From an uncultured Halobellus sp. (GTDB lineage Archaea; Halobacteriota; Halobacteria; Halobacteriales; Haloferacaceae): a stretch of DNA of 64,000 bases. How positions within the stretch are numbered: the first letter of the stretch is position 1; each line of letters opens with the position of its first letter. Where the stretch lies: positions 14,496 to 78,495 of the forward strand of contig CAZKXC010000002.1 of assembly GCA_964556645.1 (NCBI GenBank), written 5' to 3'. The notes under the pieces are model-generated. The model had not been told where the DNA came from. It searched no databases and saw only the letters and a program-made list of their open reading frames with translations. Positions 55,961 through 64,000 of the stretch are shown in pieces. The translations under genes were made by a program, and so were the position numbers.

Positions 55961-56692
55961 TCAGTCCAACACCGTCGCGAGCAGTTTTCGTTGTGCGGCC
56001 GCGATGTGCTCGCTGAACGTCGACCGGTCGATGTCGAGCGCCGCCGCCATCTCGCCCGCGTTCGCGCCCTTCGGGTGGTCGAAGTAGCCGGCGTCGTACG
56101 CCGCCGCGAGCACCTCGCGCTGGCGCTCCGTCAGCTGGCTTCTGTCGACCGTGACGAGGTCGCTCTCCTCGGGGGTCGACGACGACTGCAACAGCCGCAA
56201 CACCTGCATGTCCGCACACGACTCCCGGAGCCCGTCGAGGACCGACCGGAGCGTCGGGAGGTCGGCCGCGTGAAACGTCACGAGGAGCCGCCCGTCGCGG
56301 ACGACGGTCTCCGTGGCGGGGACGCCGTGACCTTCGAGCACCGAGAACGGCGATCCCGCCGTTTCCGGGGTTTCGAAGCGGTAGGCCGCCTTTCGCCCGT
56401 AGTCGAACACCGTCTCGACGCCGTCGGAGACGGCGAGGTCGGCGTCGGCGATGAACTCGATCACGACGGTGTCGGGGTCGCCACCGGAGCCGGTCTCCTC
56501 GCTCTCGCCGGCCTCGGTGGCGTCGGCGGCGGCCGACGCGTCGCCGTCGGCGGGGTGATCCCCGTCGGAGTTGTCTCTGGGCCGACACCGGGCGACGTTG
56601 TAGATAGCCGTCGACCCGTCGACGACGCCGTCGAACGGCGACGGCGACGACGTCGGCAGCGAGACCTCTGCTCTGATGCCGGCTCCCATCAT
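55961..56692 (-). CDS. HTH-10 (Bat-type) transcriptional regulator, DmsR/NarO-like
   Basis: N-terminal GIRAEV; C-terminal LTERQREVL.AAYDAGYFDHPKGANAGEMA..L.IDRSTFSEHI..AQRKL. Confidence 0.9.
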   Translation of the reverse strand: MMGAGIRAEVSLPTSSPSPFDGVVDGSTAIYNVARCRPRDNSDGDHPADGDASAAADATEAGESEETGSGGDPDTVVIEFIADADLAVSDGVETVFDYGRKAAYRFETPETAGSPFSVLEGHGVPATETVVRDGRLLVTFHAADLPTLRSVLDGLRESCADMQVLRLLQSSSTPEESDLVTVDRSQLTERQREVLAAAYDAGYFDHPKGANAGEMAAALDIDRSTFSEHIAAAQRKLLATVLD

Positions 56693-56820
56693 TCGTCCGT
56701 GTTCGCGGCCGAACAAAACGCTGGCGGCGGGTCGATCCGCGCCGTCGCCGCGGTGCCAGTATAAAACACCCCACATATACAGGGACGCCGTTCGGGGTGC
56801 TGTGGCTCCGACGTACTCGT

Positions 56821-57213
56821 ATGAAACGAACCCCGTCCCGCGTCGGCGGACCGACGACCCTGACGGAAGCAGACGAGGGCCTCGATGCGGCGCTCGACGC
56901 GCTCTCGGACCCCGACTGCCGGCAGATTCTCGCGACGGCCGACGAGCCGATGACCACCTGTGAGCTCGCGGACGCCTGTGACCTCGCCCTCTCGACGGCG
57001 TACCGCAAGGTCGAGCGGCTGAACGAGACGCCCCTGCTCGCCGAGGGCGTCCGATTCGACCCCGACGGCGACCACGCCGCCGAGTACTCCCGGGCGGTCG
57101 CCGGCGCCGCGCTCGAGCTCACCGACGCCGGGGTGCGACTCACCGTGGAGCCCGACGAAGACGGCGCGATCAGCGCCACGTTCGACGTCGACGCGGGCGT
57201 CTCCGCGGACTGA
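56821..57213 (+). CDS. ArsR-like winged-helix regulator
   Basis: LDALSDPDCRQIL...PMTTCELADACDLALSTAYRKVERL. Confidence 0.85.
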   Translation: MKRTPSRVGGPTTLTEADEGLDAALDALSDPDCRQILATADEPMTTCELADACDLALSTAYRKVERLNETPLLAEGVRFDPDGDHAAEYSRAVAGAALELTDAGVRLTVEPDEDGAISATFDVDAGVSAD

Positions 57214-57308
57214 GCCCGGCCGTCGGGCGGCTCACGCCCCATCCGACAGTCTCGACGCTGATAATTGGCGGCGTACGATTATGTAACCCGATCGGCGAAT
57301 CACGTCAC

Positions 57309-58856
57309 ATGGAACAGACCCCGGACGCCGCGACCCTTCTCGATCTCACCCAAGACAAGGTCGCTGTCATCGACGACCGGGGTGTGTATCGGTTCCTCAA
57401 CGCGGCGGCCGGTGACCTCCTCGGATACGACCCGGACGAGCTCATCGGCACGGACGCGTTCGACCGGCTTCACCCGGACGACGAGCCCCGGCTCCGGGCG
57501 TCGTTCGAGCGCATCGTCGCCGGCGACCCGCCTCCGACGGAGCCCATCGAGTATCGGTACGCCACCGCCGACGGCGGCTGGCTCTGGCTGCAAAGCGAGC
57601 TCCACCCGCCCGAACACACCGGTATCGACGGCTACGTGTTGAGCTCGCGGGACGTGACCGCCGAGGTCGAGTCGATACGCCGCCTCGAGACGATCGTCGC
57701 GAAGTCGCCGGACGTCCTCTGGATGTTCGACGCCGACTGGTCGGAGCTGTTGTTCGTCAACGAGTCGGTCGAGGCGGTGTTCGGCATCCCGCCGGCCGAG
57801 CTCCGCGAGCGGCCGTGTCGGTTCGTCGAGCTCGTCCACCCGGACGACCGCGCCCGCGTCGAGCGCGCGATGGAACGGCTCTCGGCCGGCGAAACCGCCC
57901 GCATCGACTACCGAATCCAGCCGCCCGACGACGAGATCAGGTGGCTTCGCGTGCCCGCCGAGCCGGTCTTCGAGGACGGAGAGGTGGTCGCGGTGTCCGG
58001 GTTCACACGCGACGTCACGGACGAATATCGGCGAAACCGCCAGCTCGCGGTGATGGACAACCTGTTGCGTCACACCATTCGCAACGACATGAACATCGTC
58101 ATGGGGACCGCAGAACGGATCGCCGAGCAGACGACGGGGAGACCGGCGACGGACGCCGAGACGGTCCGACGCGTCGCCGAACAGCTCACGCAGACCGCGG
58201 AGAAACAACGCGACGTGATCGACCTGTTGAGCCAGGGCGGGTCGCCGTGCCCGGTCGCGGTCGAGCCGCTCGTGCGCGAGTCGATAGCCGCGGCGCGGGC
58301 GGCCGAGCCGAGCGGCGCGTTCTCCGTCTCCTGTCAGCCGGCGGCGACCGCGCTCGCGCTGCCCGAACTCGACCACGCGATCTCGGAACTCGTCGAGAAC
58401 GCGGTCGAACACGCCGAGTCGACCCCGGTCGTTCACGTCGAGGTGACCGTCTCCGAGGCGACGGTCGCGATCGCCGTCCGCGACAACTGTCCGCCGGTTC
58501 CGGCCGAGGAGCGCCACGTCATCGCCGACCAGTGGGAGATGGACGACCTCCGACACACCGACGGAATGGGGCTCTGGCTCGTCTACTGGATCGCCGAGCG
58601 CTCCAAGGGACGGCTCGACTTCGACACGCACCCGAACGGCAACGTCGTCACCGTCACCGTTCCGCGCGCGCACGACGCCGCCGCCGAACGGGTGTTCGGA
58701 GGGGGGTCAGTCGCCGACGGCGATACCGTCGACGCGGCCGGCGAGGAGACCACGGCCGATTCGCCGCCGCCGACCGCCTCCGTTCGCCACGACGGGGGGT
58801 CGCCGCCGGACGACGGCGAGTCGCCGCCCGACGGGAGCGACACCGACCCCACGTGA
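57309..58856 (+). CDS. PAS-PAS sensor histidine kinase
   Basis: Two PAS domains (HPDD), H-box LRHTIRN, ELVENAVEH, DNCPP (atypical G1), GMGLWL. Confidence 0.9.
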   Translation: MEQTPDAATLLDLTQDKVAVIDDRGVYRFLNAAAGDLLGYDPDELIGTDAFDRLHPDDEPRLRASFERIVAGDPPPTEPIEYRYATADGGWLWLQSELHPPEHTGIDGYVLSSRDVTAEVESIRRLETIVAKSPDVLWMFDADWSELLFVNESVEAVFGIPPAELRERPCRFVELVHPDDRARVERAMERLSAGETARIDYRIQPPDDEIRWLRVPAEPVFEDGEVVAVSGFTRDVTDEYRRNRQLAVMDNLLRHTIRNDMNIVMGTAERIAEQTTGRPATDAETVRRVAEQLTQTAEKQRDVIDLLSQGGSPCPVAVEPLVRESIAAARAAEPSGAFSVSCQPAATALALPELDHAISELVENAVEHAESTPVVHVEVTVSEATVAIAVRDNCPPVPAEERHVIADQWEMDDLRHTDGMGLWLVYWIAERSKGRLDFDTHPNGNVVTVTVPRAHDAAAERVFGGGSVADGDTVDAAGEETTADSPPPTASVRHDGGSPPDDGESPPDGSDTDPT

Positions 58857-58964
58857 CCGGCGCGGCCACCCGCGCTCGGCATCCGTCCGATCGTTCGTGA
58901 TCAACTCGCCCGCTGGCCGGCGTTTCAGGGCTCTTAAACCGGTGGTCCGCGTAGACGGACGCTG

Positions 58965-61079
58965 ATGGGTACGCTCACCGAACTGTTCGACCCGAAGCGG
59001 GTCGCGGTCGTCGGGGCGACGGCCCGTGACGGCGCGGTCGGCCGCGCCGTCACGTCGAACCTGCTCGACGACTTCGACGGGGTGACGGTTCCAGTCAATC
59101 CGAACTACGACGCGGTGCTCGACACCCCCTGTGTCGACGACGTCGCCGAGGCCGACGCCGACCTCGCGGTCGTCGTCGTCCCGCCGTCGATCGTCCTGGA
59201 CGCGATCGAGGCCTGCGGCGAGGCGGGGGTCCGCAACGTCGTCGTCATAACCGCGGGGTTCGGCGAGACGGGCGAGGCGGGCGCCACGCGCGAACGGCGC
59301 CTCGCCGACATCGCCGAGGAGTACGACCTGAACCTCGTCGGCCCCAACAGCCTCGGGATCATGTCGACCCCGTCCGGGATGAACGCCACCTTCGGCCCGG
59401 AGAACGCGCTCTCCGGCGGGCTCTCGTTCATGAGCCAGTCGGGGGCGTTCGTCACCGCCGTCCTCGACTGGGCCACCGACAACGGCGTCGGGTTCAAAGA
59501 CGTGGTCTCGCTCGGCAACAAGGCGGTTCTCGACGAGACGGACTTCGTCGACCACTGGGGCGACGACGCCGAGACCGACGTGATCATCGGCTATCTGGAG
59601 GGGATCGAGGACGGCCGCGAGTTCATCGAGACGGCCCGCGAGACCGCCTCCGACACCCCCATCGTGGTCGTGAAGTCCGGGCGAACGAGCGCGGGCGCCC
59701 AGGCCGCCTCCTCGCACACCGGAACGCTCGCGGGCTCCGAGACGGCCTACGAGGCCGGCCTCGACCAGGCGGGCGTCATCCGCGCCGAGTCGGTCGACGA
59801 ACTGTTCGACGCCGCCGGCATTCTGGGCAGCCAGCCGCTGCCGGACACCGACGCGGTCGCCATCGTGACCAACGCCGGCGGGCCGGGCGTGATGGCGACC
59901 GACGCGGTCGGCGACGCCGGCCTCGACCTGGCCTCGTTCGCCTCCGAGACCACCGCGGCGCTTCGCGAGTCGATGCCGGACGAGGCCAACGTCCACAACC
60001 CGGTCGACGTCATCGGCGACGCCGACGTCGACCGCTTCCGCGAGGCGTTACGGACGGTGCTTGCCGACGAGAACGTCGGCGCCGCGCTGGTGTTGGCCGC
60101 GCCGACCGCCACCATCGACTTCGACGACCTCGGCGACGCGGTCCGCGAGACGGTCGCCGAGACGGACGCGCCGGTGGCCGCCTGTCTGATGGGCGGCGAC
60201 CGGACCCGGGAGCCGAAACGCATGCTCCAGAACGCGGGAATTCCGTGTTACTTCGATCCCGCCCGCGGGATCGAGAGCCTCGCGACGCTGGCGGAGTACC
60301 GCGACATCCGGGCGCGCGAGTACGCGGAGCCGATGTCGTTCGACGTCGACCGCGAGCGCGCCCGCGAGGTGCTCTCGTCCGTCACCGACCGGAGCGACAA
60401 CCGCCTCGGCGTGGAGGCGATGGCGCTGCTCGACGCCTACGGCATCCCGACGCCCACGGGCGAGATCGTCGACTCGCCGGGTCGCGCCCGCGAGGTCGCC
60501 GCCGACATCGACGGCGGCGTCGTGATGAAGATCGTCTCGCCGGACATCCTCCACAAGTCGGACATCGGCGGCGTCGCCGTCGACGTCGCCGACGCCGACG
60601 TGGCCGACACCTACGAGGACCTCGTCACCCGCGCGCGAAACTACCAGCCGGACGCGACGCTTCTTGGCGTCCAGGTGCAGGAGATGGTCGACCTCGACGC
60701 CGGCGTCGAAACCATCGTCGGGATGAACCGGGACCCGCAGTTCGGTCCCCTCCTCATGTTCGGGCTCGGCGGCATCTTCGTGGAGGTGATGGAGGACACG
60801 ACCTTCCGCGTCGCGCCCGTCTCGGCGCCCGAGGCCCGCGAGATGACCGAAGAGATCCGGTCGGCTCCCCTGTTGCGCGGGGCGCGCGGCCGCGACCCCG
60901 TCGACGTCGACGCCGTCATCGAAACGATCGGCCGGCTCTCACAGCTGGTCACCGACTTCCCGGCGATTCTGGAACTCGACGTGAATCCGCTCGTCGCACT
61001 GCCCGACGCCGACGGCGGGACCAACGCCGCCGCCGTCGACGTCAGACTCACCGTCGACCCCGAGAAACTCGACCCATGA
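58965..61079 (+). CDS. acdAB: Acetate--CoA ligase (ADP-forming), fused alpha/beta
   Basis: VAVVGAT, GPNSLG, SQSGA, SHTG (phospho-His), NAGGPG, NPVD, HKSDIGGV, LDVNP; CTTAAA about 27-32 nt upstream. Confidence 0.94.
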   Translation: MGTLTELFDPKRVAVVGATARDGAVGRAVTSNLLDDFDGVTVPVNPNYDAVLDTPCVDDVAEADADLAVVVVPPSIVLDAIEACGEAGVRNVVVITAGFGETGEAGATRERRLADIAEEYDLNLVGPNSLGIMSTPSGMNATFGPENALSGGLSFMSQSGAFVTAVLDWATDNGVGFKDVVSLGNKAVLDETDFVDHWGDDAETDVIIGYLEGIEDGREFIETARETASDTPIVVVKSGRTSAGAQAASSHTGTLAGSETAYEAGLDQAGVIRAESVDELFDAAGILGSQPLPDTDAVAIVTNAGGPGVMATDAVGDAGLDLASFASETTAALRESMPDEANVHNPVDVIGDADVDRFREALRTVLADENVGAALVLAAPTATIDFDDLGDAVRETVAETDAPVAACLMGGDRTREPKRMLQNAGIPCYFDPARGIESLATLAEYRDIRAREYAEPMSFDVDRERAREVLSSVTDRSDNRLGVEAMALLDAYGIPTPTGEIVDSPGRAREVAADIDGGVVMKIVSPDILHKSDIGGVAVDVADADVADTYEDLVTRARNYQPDATLLGVQVQEMVDLDAGVETIVGMNRDPQFGPLLMFGLGGIFVEVMEDTTFRVAPVSAPEAREMTEEIRSAPLLRGARGRDPVDVDAVIETIGRLSQLVTDFPAILELDVNPLVALPDADGGTNAAAVDVRLTVDPEKLDP

Positions 61080-62137
61080 CAGACACACCCACCACACTCG
61101 TCACCGCGATCGAAGAAGGCGCCGGAAAGACAGCGATCACCCTCGCGCTCGCGCGGCTCGCGGCCGCCGACGACCGCAGCGTCGGCTACATGAAACCGAA
61201 GGGCACCCGTCTGCGGTCGAACGTCGGCAAGACGCTGGACCAAGACCCGATGCTCGCCCGCGAGATCCTCGGACTGGACGCCGAGATGCACCAGCTGGAG
61301 CCGGTCGTCTACTCGCCGACGTTCATCGAGGGAGCAATTCGCGGCACCGAAGACCGCGACGCGATCCACGAGCGGGTTCACGAGGCGTTCACGGGGCTCG
61401 CGGCCGACCGCGAACACATGTTCGTCGAGGGCGGCGGCGACTGGGTCACCGGCGGCGTCGTCGACCTCACCGACGCCGACGTGGCCGACCTGTTCGACGC
61501 CCGGGTCGTTCTGGTGGCGGGATACGAGGCGCCCGGCGACCTCGACGAGGTGCTCGCGGCCGCCGACGCGTTCGGCGACCGGCTGGCTGGAGTGATCTTC
61601 AACAAGGTGTCCGACGCCGCCTTCGACTCGCTCGACCGGGACGGGATCCCGTTTCTCGATTCCCGCGGGATTCCGGTGTTCGGCGCGCTCCCTCACGAGA
61701 AGGCGCTCGCGGGCGTCACCGTCGAGGACTTAGCCGACGAGCTCGGCGCGGAGCTGTTGACAGATGCTCCCACGGACGCGTTCGTCGAGCGGTTCCTCGT
61801 GGGCGCGATGGGCGGCGACGAGGCGCTCCGGCACTTCCGGCGCGCGCGCGACACGGCGGTGATCACCGGCGGGGACCGCGCCGACGTCCAGACGGCCGCC
61901 CTCGACGCCTCCGGAGTGAAGTGTCTCGTCCTGTCCGGCGGTCACCGCCCGTCCGGCGCGGTGCTCGGCCGGGCCGCGGAGGCCGGCACGCCGGTCCTCG
62001 CGATGAACACCGACACCGCGACCGCGATCGACCGCGTCGAGGGCGTCATAAGCGGCGGCCGAACCCGAGACGCGCGAACCGTCGACCGCATGGCGGAGCT
62101 GTTGGACGCCCACGCCGACGTCGACGCGCTGTTTTGA
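61076..62137 (+). CDS. Phosphotransacetylase-family protein (BioD-like P-loop plus DRTGG, no catalytic PTA domain)
   Basis: EGAGKTAI, GYMKP.G, FVEG, FNKV, VGAM, ITGGDRAD. ATGA overlap with acd. Confidence 0.88.
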   Translation: MTDTPTTLVTAIEEGAGKTAITLALARLAAADDRSVGYMKPKGTRLRSNVGKTLDQDPMLAREILGLDAEMHQLEPVVYSPTFIEGAIRGTEDRDAIHERVHEAFTGLAADREHMFVEGGGDWVTGGVVDLTDADVADLFDARVVLVAGYEAPGDLDEVLAAADAFGDRLAGVIFNKVSDAAFDSLDRDGIPFLDSRGIPVFGALPHEKALAGVTVEDLADELGAELLTDAPTDAFVERFLVGAMGGDEALRHFRRARDTAVITGGDRADVQTAALDASGVKCLVLSGGHRPSGAVLGRAAEAGTPVLAMNTDTATAIDRVEGVISGGRTRDARTVDRMAELLDAHADVDALF

Positions 62138-62251
62138 GCCGGAGGCGTCGCGCGGTTCGGCGACCGCCGCTCGGCCGACGCTCCCGCGACGACCGGCCGA
62201 GCGGGAGAACGTCTGACATACTGTTTTGAGGGAGGACGACGAAGAAGGGGT

Positions 62252-63244
62252 ATGACTAGTCTCTCGGAGACGTACGGAGGGAAGGGGCGCTCCGAGGTGG
62301 ACCCGCGTCGGCTGTCGCTCGGCGTCGGGTTGTTCGTCGGGGGGACGCTGCTCGTCGTCGCGGGAATCGTCGCGGCGGCGGAGGTGCTCGTTCCGAGCGG
62401 CTACACCTCCGGCGCGGCCCGACGGCTCGGCGGCATCCTCGGCGGTCTCGGCGTCCCGCTCGTCACCCTCGGGGTGATGACCGTGCTGCCGGCCGACCGA
62501 CGCACCCGAACGGCCGCGGTCGTCGGGGCGGCGATCATGGCGCTGGGCGTGGCGTTGTTCTCGCAGGCGTACCCGGACCACTGGGTCGGGGGTCCGCGCC
62601 CGGAGCTCGTGGACCTCACGCTGCCGACGGCGGGCGTGTACTTTCTCGGCGCCGCGACCGCGATGTGGTGTGTGTTCGTCGGCGTCGCCAACTTCAAAAC
62701 CAGAAACGATCCCGGCGGAACGGTGACGATGGAGGTGACCCACGAGGGCGAAACGAAGGTCATCGAGGTCGAACGCGACCGGATCGAGGGGCTCGGCGGC
62801 GGCGTCGGCATCTTCGGCGGCACTCCCGACGGCAGCGTCGAGACGCAGACGAACCGTCCCGGCGGGCCGGAGGCGGCCGGGTCGCCTCCCGACCGGGCGC
62901 CGGCGGCCGGTGTCGACGGCGCTGGAGCCGGCGGCCCCCTCTCGCCGTCGCCGTCGGGGCTCAGCGATGGCGGCAACACGACGGCCGACATCTCCTCGCC
63001 GCTCGACGAGACGGCGCCGGACTCGCCGACTGCCGACCCGCCGGCCGGCGGCACGCCGGACGCCCCGGCGGCTCCGTCGCCGGGCATCGACGCCTCGGCG
63101 CGCGACGGCCCCGGCGACACCTACTGTGGCAACTGCGCGGAGTTCGACTACGTCAGAACCGACGAGGGGATGCGGCCCTACTGCGGGCACTACGACGAGC
63201 TGATGGACGACATGGAAGCCTGCGATCAGTGGACGCCGCGGTGA
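62252..63244 (+). CDS. Conserved haloarchaeal membrane protein (4 TM, Pro/Gly/Asp-rich linker, C-terminal Cys motif)
   Basis: Four hydrophobic helices, YPDHW, low-complexity linker, YCGNC..F...PYC.....MEAC..W. Confidence 0.8.
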   Translation: MTSLSETYGGKGRSEVDPRRLSLGVGLFVGGTLLVVAGIVAAAEVLVPSGYTSGAARRLGGILGGLGVPLVTLGVMTVLPADRRTRTAAVVGAAIMALGVALFSQAYPDHWVGGPRPELVDLTLPTAGVYFLGAATAMWCVFVGVANFKTRNDPGGTVTMEVTHEGETKVIEVERDRIEGLGGGVGIFGGTPDGSVETQTNRPGGPEAAGSPPDRAPAAGVDGAGAGGPLSPSPSGLSDGGNTTADISSPLDETAPDSPTADPPAGGTPDAPAAPSPGIDASARDGPGDTYCGNCAEFDYVRTDEGMRPYCGHYDELMDDMEACDQWTPR

Positions 63245-63265
63245 GCCGGGCGGCGCGGCGCTCCG

Positions 63266-64000
63266 TCACGCCGGCTCGCCCGACGGCAGCTGTGATTCGG
63301 CGATCGCGAACGTGAGCGTGCTCAACACGCCCAGCAGCGTCCCGCCGGCCAGCGCCATCGCGAGGTCCACGAGCGCCAGCGACGCCACGCCGGGAGCCGA
63401 CGGGAGAAAGAAGCCGGAGACCCCGTACAACACGATCGCGATGGCGACGACGTAAAACGGCGCGTTGAGGTGGCGCCACCGGAACCGCCCGGCGAGGTAC
63501 TCGTCGGTGATCTGGCCGAGACTGGAGGTCACTCCGGCGACCGCGAGCCACTGGACGAAGCCGTGGACGAAGGCCGTGACGACGACGCCCGGCGGAAGCG
63601 ACCCGGCGGCCCCGCGGACGGCCTCGACCGTCTCGGTTCCCTGAACTCCGCCGACGAGGATCAACGCGACGGCGACGACGTACGTGACGAGCGTCACCCG
63701 CCCGGCGTAGAGCACGTTCCGAACGGCGTCTGCGGCGCCGTCGACGGTCGCTTCGAGCCCCAGTCCGCGGAACAACGAGTAGAGCCCGACCGCCCCCGAG
63801 ATGAGCCCCAACACGGCCGCGCCCGCGACGTCGAAGAGGTTCGCGAGCACCACGAGCGGGTAGATGAGCAACAGGACGCCGAGCGGGACCAGAATCGTCC
63901 CGCGGGTCTCGGGGTCGGCCAACACCTGCTTGATCGTGTAGTAGAGCGATTCGAGGTCCTGTGCCTGGCGGACGACCACCCGCCGGACCCCGTCGATCGG
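63266..64000 (-). CDS. DUF373 family membrane protein (5'-truncated by the window edge)
   Basis: Frame is open to the edge: PIDGVRRVVVRQAQDLESLYYTIKQVLADPE...; multiple TM segments. Confidence 0.85.
   Translation of the reverse strand, partial: PIDGVRRVVVRQAQDLESLYYTIKQVLADPETRGTILVPLGVLLLIYPLVVLANLFDVAGAAVLGLISGAVGLYSLFRGLGLEATVDGAADAVRNVLYAGRVTLVTYVVAVALILVGGVQGTETVEAVRGAAGSLPPGVVVTAFVHGFVQWLAVAGVTSSLGQITDEYLAGRFRWRHLNAPFYVVAIAIVLYGVSGFFLPSAPGVASLALVDLAMALAGGTLLGVLSTLTFAIAESQLPSGEPA

Noticed and set aside
1-64000. tRNA, rRNA, CRISPR arrays, frameshifted pseudogenes
   Set aside because: None recognised by eye. Intergenic gaps are short (under about 200 nt) and recognised genes look intact. 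Small ncRNAs cannot be excluded without an Infernal or tRNAscan search.

Overview
This 64-kb window comes from a high-GC haloarchaeal chromosome (acidic proteins, Tat-lipoprotein signals, TATA boxes about 25 nt upstream of start codons, rpl40e and Sec61beta). It looks Halorubrum-like, which is inference. About 55 protein-coding genes are supported. I saw no rRNA, tRNA, CRISPR array, transposase or integrase. The left part (1-37.7 kb) is rich in peptide and amino-acid-derivative uptake and catabolism, interleaved with lhr, kynU, a bacterial-type leuS and a three-gene NAD(P) transhydrogenase. It has two paralogous Dpp/Opp ABC operons, M28, M20 and M81 hydrolases, a D-aminoacylase, two enolase-superfamily racemase/epimerases and a DUF1611/DgcN-like protein. 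The second Dpp operon and its unknown accessory genes sit in a lower-GC block (about 23.4-32.7 kb) whose left edge falls inside the M81 gene. The right part is mostly housekeeping: hisE, pdxT, SCO-TlpA-CcdA, secG, trxA, rpl40e, MATE, ilvA, trxB, a DHH phosphoesterase, folC-folP, ABC-2 and an ADP-forming acetate-CoA ligase. Best candidates for new biology: (1) an extended D-amino-acid/N-acyl/dipeptide scavenging system around dgcN; (2) a regulatory module with a DmsR/NarO-like activator that seems to have lost its sensor cysteines, next to two paralogous Cys4 microproteins, a flavin-binding protein and a PAS kinase; (3) a transhydrogenase lacking both known channel histidines; (4) a large Tat lipoprotein with an NPP1/Vps62-like HxHDWE motif. 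All family calls come from motif recognition, not database searches.
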